DNA of 40,288 nucleotides from Candidatus Woesearchaeota archaeon (GTDB lineage Archaea; Nanobdellota; Nanobdellia; Woesearchaeales; GW2011-AR4): NCBI GenBank assembly GCA_016192955.1, contig JACPTD010000007.1, positions 1 to 40,288 of the forward strand, read 5' to 3'. Shown piece by piece: positions 33,528 to 40,288 of this stretch (position 1 is its first letter; each line of letters starts with the position of its first letter). The notes under the pieces were generated by a model. It saw only the letters and a program-made list of their open reading frames with translations, ran no database searches and was not told where the DNA came from. The position numbers and the translations under genes were made by a program.

Positions 33528-35243
33528 AAAATCTCTCTTTTCTGTATAAACATCATAAAGATTTATCTGTTCTTTCGGATCTGTTTTTAAATTGTATAAT
33601 CCAGAAGGTATTTTTTCTATATCTGGCTTTACTGTTATTAATTTCCAATTTTCATATAAAATTGCTATTTGCTCCTCAGTTTCATCTATGCCTGCCCTCC
33701 CATACAATTCAGAAAGCGCATACTCTTTTGTGTAATTTCCTTCATTTTTCATCATCGGGAATAAACTTATACCATCAATGTTTTGCGGGGCTTCTATCCT
33801 GATTAAATCAAGTATAGTTGGAAGAATATCAATTGTCTCAACTCTTTTCTGAATTTTTTGGGCTTTTAGTTCTTTTTGGTAAGAAATGATAAGTGGAACA
33901 TGAATTGCTTCTTGGTATAACGTGTTACCATGCCCAAGATATCCATGTTCATAAAATTCTTCGCCGTGGTCTGCTAAAATGATGATTATAGTATTATTTT
34001 TTATGCCCAATTCCTCCAACTTGTCCAATAATTTTCCAAGATTGTGGTCTACATAGGAAATTTCAGTATCATAAAGTTTAATTAGATTGATGATGTTGTT
34101 TGGATAATTCTTTTTAAACTCTTCTTCTGTGCCATAGGGGGTATGAGGGTCAATGTAATCTACAAACATAAAAAAGGGATGTTCTTTATTGTTTTCAAGC
34201 CATCTAAAAACCTGTTTGTTTACATCTTCCGCTTTGCTTTCACCATCCTGTCTTAATAAGGATTTAGAAATTGGGAAAAAAGTAACTAATACTGCTCTTA
34301 AACTGAACTTATCAAAAGTATGAACATATTCAAAAAAGTCAAGCCTATCCTTGTATGTAATAAATCCCTGCCCCATTCCATATTTTGCTTTAGTGTATAC
34401 ACCGCCTATGAATCCAGCAGTATTATACCCATTTTCTTTTAATATTTCTGCCAGTGTTAATTCTTTTTGATTTAATATCTGCCGTTTTAAGACAGCTCCA
34501 TGATGAGATGGGTATCTTCCTGTAAATATAGAAGATTGGGATAGTAATGATAATGAAGAAGATGATATTGCGTTATCAAACATCACAGAATTGCTTGCTA
34601 ATTTATTGATATTGGGAGCGTATAGAAGATGGTCTGGTCTCAGAGCGTCTACTAGTAAGATAACCACATTTGGGTATACTTCTGACTGAATATTTGATTT
34701 AAAACTTATTACATGGTTTAATGTATATAAATCAATCAAAGAGGAAGAAATAATAAAAAAGGTAACCAAAAAAATGTAATTTCTAATTAAATTTTTTGCC
34801 TTATTATTTATGAGAAGCATAAAATTAAATATTAAATTGCCATTTGATAATAAAAAAATATAAATTATAATGACAATTATGATTGTTATTAAATTAAATT
34901 CAAGATTATTCCAAAAGCCAAAGTTGGATAATAAAAAATTATTTACAAAAATACTCACATAAAAGAGCAATAAGATTGCAACAGCAGTGCTAAAATAAAA
35001 TACAGAAACAGCCTTTTTAATAATTTTAATACCAAATACTCTCAATAATTCTATAAGAATGCTAACAATTAAAAATATTAATATAAAGATTATTAAAGAC
35101 ATCAATAACGTCTGATAAAGCTCAAACCATTCAAAACTTCTTGCCATTATCCTTATTAGAACGTCTATTGTGCCATGCAGGGATCCGATTATCATTCCTG
35201 AAAACAATGCCAATTTAACGTTAGCTATAGGTTTAATTTCCAT
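33489..35243 (-). CDS. Membrane-anchored alkaline-phosphatase/sulfatase-superfamily enzyme lacking the formylglycine motif (LtaS/EptA-like architecture).
   Basis: About five N-terminal TM segments, then VVILLVDALRPDHL, SLLSQSSIFTGRYPSHHG and ILADHGEEFYEHGYLGHG. Confidence 0.7.
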   Translation of the reverse strand: MEIKPIANVKLALFSGMIIGSLHGTIDVLIRIMARSFEWFELYQTLLMSLIIFILIFLIVSILIELLRVFGIKIIKKAVSVFYFSTAVAILLLFYVSIFVNNFLLSNFGFWNNLEFNLITIIIVIIIYIFLLSNGNLIFNFMLLINNKAKNLIRNYIFLVTFFIISSSLIDLYTLNHVISFKSNIQSEVYPNVVILLVDALRPDHLLYAPNINKLASNSVMFDNAISSSSLSLLSQSSIFTGRYPSHHGAVLKRQILNQKELTLAEILKENGYNTAGFIGGVYTKAKYGMGQGFITYKDRLDFFEYVHTFDKFSLRAVLVTFFPISKSLLRQDGESKAEDVNKQVFRWLENNKEHPFFMFVDYIDPHTPYGTEEEFKKNYPNNIINLIKLYDTEISYVDHNLGKLLDKLEELGIKNNTIIIILADHGEEFYEHGYLGHGNTLYQEAIHVPLIISYQKELKAQKIQKRVETIDILPTILDLIRIEAPQNIDGISLFPMMKNEGNYTKEYALSELYGRAGIDETEEQIAILYENWKLITVKPDIEKIPSGLYNLKTDPKEQINLYDVYTEKRDFLRKYIINIKRNT

Positions 35244-36606
35244 TTTTCGTATTCATTAAATATAAATACCTTTTTGAACTTCTAATCTTTTGTTTACGAG
35301 CAATTGTAAAATATTTATTGAAGGCTTTCTCAAAAATTTCTTGTTTGTAGTATGGAAAAATCTCCTTTCTTCCAAATAACATTTTTTTAATTTGTGAATC
35401 ATTTTTTGATGCAAATTCAATAATAAGGGAACTGCATATTTTGTTAAAAAATTTCGCAAGTTTATTAAACGGCAGATTATTAGAAATAGCTAAATGATGC
35501 AACAACGCAAGGGCAAGCACAGTATCTGATTGGTTGCGTTTAAAAAATGAAGTTCTCTCTTCGTTGTCCCACCCTATGTCGGGGCTTGGGTTGGTTAAAT
35601 CAATTAATAAAGGAAGTATATTTGTTTCACCTCTTTTGATACATTCCATATAATTTTTTCCAACAGAATTAGGATCATTATCAACAGATATCACTTTCAT
35701 ACCCATATCATTAGCAATTCGGCTAAAAACCCCGATATTTGAACCTAAATCCATAACTACTTTTGAATGAGCTAATTTCAAGAATTTTGAAACTAGATAT
35801 TTTTTATGCTTAAATGCAGTTGAACTATAATTGATTGTATCATAATAATCATCCCACTCGGTTTTCTGGGAAAAATTCATATTTTTTATTGAATACTCTA
35901 ATTTATAGATAAATTCACTCAAAGACTTACGATTCATTTGAGATTTTTTAATAACATTTTTATTTGCAAAATTTTGTAGTTTAGCGTTAAGGTGTATATG
36001 AAAAAACAAAAAATTAAAATAAGTTTTAAATGGAAGCAAGGAACTCGCTAAATCCAAAGGAATGCCATCTATATAAACTCTTAATAAATTATTTAGACGA
36101 ACATCAACATAACTCATAAGTGATAATGGTGCAAGGAAATGCCTGCAAAATTGGCTATAGGGAGCACTCCACTGTTTTTTTTCTTTATATTTCTCAAAAG
36201 AAAGAGAATCAATAAGGATAGGCTTACATTTTCTAAATTGTATATTGTAAGAGCTACAATCTTTTAAGGACATTTTAAAATCTAATGCCATTTGCTGGAT
36301 TTTTAGTGTTGTTAGGGCGGCATCTTTTAATTGACTAAAACTCCATTCATATGGATAAGAAATAAACTCCATCATTTCTGGTTTAATCACTTTATATGCC
36401 CTTTTAGGTTTTGGGATGTCTGCCTCATCATGAGCTATCATTAAATTTGAATCTACAAGAGTTTTATAAAGACCTGATTTAATTAAAAAATCATAATCAT
36501 CTTTATATACTGCATTTATCTGACGATAAATTGAACCGTCTTTTAAAAAAACGAATCCACTGGGGTCTCGAAATGATCCAGAAACACTGTTGCCAAGCAT
36601 ATTCAT
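35233..36606 (-). CDS. Two-domain SAM-dependent methyltransferase with an uncharacterised N-terminal domain and a class I MTase C-terminal domain.
   Basis: VMDLGSNIGVFSRIANDMGMKVISVDNDP is motif I/II. The N-terminus is FRDPSGFVFLKDGSIYRQI. The stop overlaps the downstream start by 11 nt. Confidence 0.65.
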   Translation of the reverse strand: MNMLGNSVSGSFRDPSGFVFLKDGSIYRQINAVYKDDYDFLIKSGLYKTLVDSNLMIAHDEADIPKPKRAYKVIKPEMMEFISYPYEWSFSQLKDAALTTLKIQQMALDFKMSLKDCSSYNIQFRKCKPILIDSLSFEKYKEKKQWSAPYSQFCRHFLAPLSLMSYVDVRLNNLLRVYIDGIPLDLASSLLPFKTYFNFLFFHIHLNAKLQNFANKNVIKKSQMNRKSLSEFIYKLEYSIKNMNFSQKTEWDDYYDTINYSSTAFKHKKYLVSKFLKLAHSKVVMDLGSNIGVFSRIANDMGMKVISVDNDPNSVGKNYMECIKRGETNILPLLIDLTNPSPDIGWDNEERTSFFKRNQSDTVLALALLHHLAISNNLPFNKLAKFFNKICSSLIIEFASKNDSQIKKMLFGRKEIFPYYKQEIFEKAFNKYFTIARKQKIRSSKRYLYLMNTKNGN

Positions 36607-36647
36607 ACTACTCCCAGCTAGTTTGTCCTAATTTAAAATCAGCTTTT

Positions 36648-36992
36648 TTAACTTGTTTTAACGACTCTTGTTAAAAGCCTTTTTAAATGTTTTTTAATTG
36701 GCTTCCAAAAATATTTAATTAAAAATGCAACTGATGCTGTGAATAAAGCAACAATTAATGGCCAAAGTGAACCTATGATTATGCCACCTGTACCTGGGTT
36801 AATGTATGCAATCGAACTTTTAATTAATATAAAAAACCAAAATACAAAAATAAATAACATCAAAAATAATTTCTTCATTTTCTTTGGTAATAAGTATTCA
36901 TTTTTAAATCTTATTATATTGCCATGGATATGCTCAGCTAATCTTTTTGGCCATTTAATCATTATCTTACCTGATTTATACAGATACAGCAT
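36648..36992 (-). CDS. Small hypothetical membrane protein.
   Basis: Two hydrophobic segments, one reading YINPGTGGIIIGSLWPLIVALFTASVAFLI. The start is uncertain because there are several in-frame Met codons. Confidence 0.4.
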   Translation of the reverse strand: MLYLYKSGKIMIKWPKRLAEHIHGNIIRFKNEYLLPKKMKKLFLMLFIFVFWFFILIKSSIAYINPGTGGIIIGSLWPLIVALFTASVAFLIKYFWKPIKKHLKRLLTRVVKTS

Positions 36993-37148
36993 AAATAAGA
37001 TAATTAATAATATTCCAAAAATGATTGGTGTTTTAAAAATGAATAGTATGTGGTCTATTGGTAAACAGATATCAATTTAAAATCTTATTGATTCGAAAAG
37101 TTCGGCTTAATTGGCTAAAGGCAGGTTGGTTTATGCGCAATTAAGAAT

Positions 37149-39197
37149 CTATATGACCTCCAAGAACACAAATCCGCCCGTTCCATATACAGATTTGAAC
37201 ATACCAGACCCAAGTAGCTCGCTTACTTTGGAATTTGTTTTGTTCATGCCGTATTTTCTGGCAAATTGCCCGTCTATAACAAGGAATTTATAACTTCTTG
37301 TCTTTAAAAATGAATTTATCTTAGAAGCACTTTGATTAATGGCTGTATTCTTGAAGCTCTTTATATCATCGCACCAGAAACATATAAATTTGTCCATGCC
37401 TATGACAGTTCCATCATTAACAAAGGCAAAAACCTTTGTATTTGGGCTTATGTTATCCTTTAGCCATAAATAGCCCTGCAGCTCTTCGCCTGATGTCCAA
37501 AACGCTCCAGGAGGCCACTGAGCCGTATTGACTGTGTATTTCTGGTAAGAAGAGGTTAAAGCAACTCCCGTTACTATGATAATTGCAACTAAAAATTTAG
37601 GTGCATTAAAATTCTTTAAGAGTGACATCAAAAACCAAAGACCTTCGCTTGCTAAAATGGCCAATGGTATGGCAAAAACAGACCATGCCCTGAAGGGGGA
37701 TAACTTGTAATAAAAAGGGCCTGCATTGACGGCATAAAAGGCAAAAATGAGCCATGCCAGCGCTATGACTAGATATCCATCTTTAAAATCTTTATTTTTA
37801 TAGCTAATCACAATTATCGAAACAAACACAAAAATCATTAGCAATAGGTTTATGACTAAAAATCTTTGATCAGAAAAAAATTCAAAAAATGGAACTGAGC
37901 CTGGTTCCAGGGCTGCTGCATAGCCCGTGGCTCTGTTTGTCACGTTCTTCACATAAGTCTTGGAAAGGAAAAACAGGGTTGCAACCGCAATTACCAGGAA
38001 TATGGCAAGAATCATTAATTTATTTTTCTTAATCTCATTGTAATACTTGTGCATCAATGACAAAAGAGCAACAATCAAAAGCAGTGACAAAACCAATCCA
38101 ATGCCAATCGGGTTATTAATGGCATTTGTTTTTTGCGCTATAAAGAAATCCTGCAGATTATATATCCTGTCGCCTGTGCCTGCAACACTCGTGATTTTTT
38201 GGCTGCTGCCAAGCCCCATACCCCTTAACATGCCGCTGAAGCCATATTTTATTATTGACGGCAGCCACCACAATAGAAATGAAATCAGCAAGCCGAAAAA
38301 TCCAGCAGCAGCATAATAAACCAGAATGCTCTTCTCCAGAATTGCTTTTGCGACATAATAAACAGCAAACAGCAAGCCGAAATATGCGCTATGGCTCGGA
38401 GATGTTGTCAGGGTAGCGCCTATCATTGCTGCAGCTATAAAAACCCATTTTTTGTCATATCTTATTCTTTCAACAGCATAAAATGAGACAAAGTACATGG
38501 GCACAGTCAATGATATTGCCCATATGAAATGGCTTAAAAAGGCTGGAGCGGATGCAAGCGCAAATGCAGAGAATAATGCCTTTTTGCTGCCTGTCAGCTC
38601 CTTTGCAAAGAAAAAGAAGAATACGATGCCTAGCGATATGATCAATGCGTTAAAAAATTTTAATGTCCAGTATACTGAATCATTTGTCTGGTGCAAGATA
38701 CCCATCACCATGTCATAGCTTGGCGGGTAAGGATCCACATATTTTACTCTGCTTTTTGTAAATGCTGTTTTCTCAGCAGAGATGTATTTAACGCCAAGCG
38801 CATGCGCCCACGGGTCATCATCTTCCAGCCAGGGGTATGAGAATGCGCCTTTTGCGTACATATAAAATGACGCAAAGAAAATCAAAAGTATTGCAAATAT
38901 CGCTATGTCTGTTTTTGTTATTTTGAATTGAAGGGTTTTTATATTTTGCATAAAGCTTCTGTTTCTGAAAATGGATAATGCTGCCAGAAGAAAGCCTATT
39001 CCCAAGAAGACTCTCCAATCCAAGGGAACCCTAAGAATGTTGAGCAGCAGGCCTAAGACAATAAAAGCGCCAAGCCCTATGCCTATTCTCATGAGGATTC
39101 TTTCAAGGAAGTTTTCAGATTCCTTGGCAATCCCTGCTACAGAGTAACCTAGCGCATAAGTAACTGCAAAAAAGACCAAAATGCTTAAAATAGCCAT
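37149..39197 (-). CDS. Large polytopic GT-C-fold glycosyltransferase with a C-terminal soluble domain. Possibly a divergent STT3/AglB-like enzyme.
   Basis: 682 aa with more than 12 hydrophobic segments and an acidic loop motif PWLEDDDPWAH. YLWLKDNISPNTKVFAFVNDG sits where STT3-type enzymes carry WL..NT....V.SWWDYG. An A/T box TATAAATA (39221-39228) lies 27 nt upstream of the ATG. Confidence 0.6.
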   Translation of the reverse strand: MAILSILVFFAVTYALGYSVAGIAKESENFLERILMRIGIGLGAFIVLGLLLNILRVPLDWRVFLGIGFLLAALSIFRNRSFMQNIKTLQFKITKTDIAIFAILLIFFASFYMYAKGAFSYPWLEDDDPWAHALGVKYISAEKTAFTKSRVKYVDPYPPSYDMVMGILHQTNDSVYWTLKFFNALIISLGIVFFFFFAKELTGSKKALFSAFALASAPAFLSHFIWAISLTVPMYFVSFYAVERIRYDKKWVFIAAAMIGATLTTSPSHSAYFGLLFAVYYVAKAILEKSILVYYAAAGFFGLLISFLLWWLPSIIKYGFSGMLRGMGLGSSQKITSVAGTGDRIYNLQDFFIAQKTNAINNPIGIGLVLSLLLIVALLSLMHKYYNEIKKNKLMILAIFLVIAVATLFFLSKTYVKNVTNRATGYAAALEPGSVPFFEFFSDQRFLVINLLLMIFVFVSIIVISYKNKDFKDGYLVIALAWLIFAFYAVNAGPFYYKLSPFRAWSVFAIPLAILASEGLWFLMSLLKNFNAPKFLVAIIIVTGVALTSSYQKYTVNTAQWPPGAFWTSGEELQGYLWLKDNISPNTKVFAFVNDGTVIGMDKFICFWCDDIKSFKNTAINQSASKINSFLKTRSYKFLVIDGQFARKYGMNKTNSKVSELLGSGMFKSVYGTGGFVFLEVI

Positions 39198-39314
39198 TTT
39201 GCATAGTGATTATTATTCTCTATAAATATCTTTGGAGATTTGCATAACTTAACAATTGTTAATATTCAAAACCTTTTTATAAGAGTTGACCTATCTAAGG
39301 CTCATGGTGATTTA

Positions 39315-40288
39315 ATGAAGGTTTTGCTTATATTTCCGCCTCAAAGCCTGGAGGAGAGGTATGCAAGGAACATGGGAGATGTAGGCGGATTTCTGCCGCC
39401 TTTGGGCCTTTGCTATATGGCAGCAATCCTGGAGCGGGATGGGCATGAAGTCAGAATAATGGATTGCCCTGTTAACAACTACACAATATCTGACATTCTT
39501 ACTGAAATAACAAATTTTGAGCCTGAAGTTATAGGAATTGCAGCAATAACAGCGCTTGCAAATGTAACCAAGGAATTGTGTGATGTGATAAAAAACCAAT
39601 TCCATGACAAATGCATTATCCTTGGTGGGCCTCATCCCACAGTAATGCCCAAGGAAGTTTCAGAAGAGATGAATGCGGACATTATAATATCAGGAGAGGC
39701 TGATAATGTCATAAGTGATGTTCTGAAAAACATAGACGAGTACAAAAAGAAAAGGCTTGTTACAGCAGGAATTGTGATGAAGCTTGATTTAATGCCTATT
39801 CCAGCCAGGCACCTGCTTGATATGTCAAAATATACATCATTGCCAAACACGTACAAGATATCGCCAAACACTTTCCAGATGGTTACTTCAAGAGGGTGCC
39901 CTTTTACATGCACTTTTTGCCATGATGCAAAAGGCGTTTTCAGGCAGAGAAGCGTGGAAAATGTTATGCAGGAGATAAAGCATTTGCAAGAAGCTTATAA
40001 TGTCAAGGAGATAGCCTTTTGGGATGATATACTTACACTCAACAAAGCATGGATATATAAATTCTGCGAAGCGCTTGAAAAAGAGAAGATACGCCTTGTG
40101 TGGTCCTGCTATACAAGGCTTGACTTAATTGATGAGCCATTGCTTAGGGCTATGAAAAAGGCTGGCTGCTGGAACATATTTTTTGGGATAGAGGCTGGAT
40201 CGCAGGATCTTCTTGACAACATGAAGAAAAAGATGACCGTGGAGCAAATGGCCAACCAGGTCAGGCTTGTAAAAAAAGCAGGCATCGA
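39315..40288 (+). CDS. Cobalamin-binding-domain (class B) radical SAM enzyme, 5' partial (runs off the window). Not in the ORF track.
   Basis: My own translation is open for 324 codons: MKVLLIFPPQSLEERYARNMGDVGGFLPPLGLCYMAAILERDGHEV... (B12-binding-like domain), then SRGCPFTCTFC (CX3CX2C, 39897-39920), then FFGIEAGSQDLL. Confidence 0.8.
   Translation, partial: MKVLLIFPPQSLEERYARNMGDVGGFLPPLGLCYMAAILERDGHEVRIMDCPVNNYTISDILTEITNFEPEVIGIAAITALANVTKELCDVIKNQFHDKCIILGGPHPTVMPKEVSEEMNADIIISGEADNVISDVLKNIDEYKKKRLVTAGIVMKLDLMPIPARHLLDMSKYTSLPNTYKISPNTFQMVTSRGCPFTCTFCHDAKGVFRQRSVENVMQEIKHLQEAYNVKEIAFWDDILTLNKAWIYKFCEALEKEKIRLVWSCYTRLDLIDEPLLRAMKKAGCWNIFFGIEAGSQDLLDNMKKKMTVEQMANQVRLVKKAGI

Noticed and set aside
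33489-35243. Calling this gene an arylsulfatase.
   Set aside because: The formylglycine signature C/S-x-P-x-R is absent (S-L-L-S-Q at the aligned position) and the protein has a polytopic membrane anchor. It is reported as an AlkP-superfamily transferase/hydrolase instead.
37149-39197. Assigning the gene symbol aglB (archaeal oligosaccharyltransferase).
   Set aside because: There is no WWDYG motif, and the acidic loop motif is in a non-canonical position. Only a contextual resemblance remains, so it is left as a GT-C enzyme with a flagged hypothesis.
39312-39913. Two minus-strand ORFs of 107 and 93 aa listed in the track.
   Set aside because: They are antisense to a continuous 324-codon + strand frame with clear radical SAM motifs, and their translations have no recognisable features.
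1-40288. Mobile-element or prophage content (transposase, integrase, att sites) that might explain the accessory modules.
   Set aside because: No ORF shows DDE, tyrosine-recombinase or serine-recombinase motifs that I could recognise. The only hints of rearrangement are the inverted-repeat unit at 33071-33305 and the gene remnant at 33324.

Overview
AT-rich, gene-dense 40.3-kb window with about 45 genes. Intergenic gaps are mostly under 60 nt and many stop/start junctions overlap. I recognised no rRNA, tRNA, CRISPR array, transposase or integrase. All family calls come from motif recognition by eye; no searches were run.

Most of the window is a cell-surface glycan biosynthesis super-locus:
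- Two nucleotide-sugar 6-dehydrogenases.
- A Wbp-like set (2-epimerase, LbH N-acetyltransferase, DegT aminotransferase, Gfo/Idh/MocA oxidoreductase, dehydrogenase) expected to make a 2,3-diacetamido uronic acid sugar.
- GT4, GT2 and GT-C glycosyltransferases, two SDR epimerase/dehydratases, methyltransferases and a Wzx-like flippase.

Four accessory modules are embedded in it:
1. 2.8-6.6 kb: an ACP-dependent acylation cassette (FkbH-like loader, ACP, MaoC dehydratase, frameshifted AAC(3)-like transferase) with a divergent AcpS.
2. 22.4-27.8 kb: a translationally coupled operon led by a ribbon-helix-helix gene. It encodes only nucleotide-phosphate enzymes: an NPP/AlkP phosphodiesterase, two tandem Pol-beta nucleotidyltransferase paralogues (the second with a substituted catalytic Asp), a HIT-like protein and a PHP phosphoesterase. 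This is my best candidate for an undescribed system.
3. 27.8-32.9 kb, convergent with module 2: an SxtJ-like / carbamoyltransferase / SGNH / SxtK-like (DUF5989, missing from the ORF track) / AlkP operon.
4. 33.5-39.2 kb: a membrane AlkP lacking the sulfatase motif, a two-domain methyltransferase, a small membrane protein and a GT-C enzyme.

A B12-type radical SAM gene runs off the 3' edge (39315-40288) and is absent from the ORF track.

Operon-leading ATGs usually have A/T boxes centred 25-29 nt upstream and usually lack Shine-Dalgarno motifs. This suggests an uncultivated small-genome archaeon (DPANN-like), but a CPR bacterium cannot be excluded from the sequence alone.
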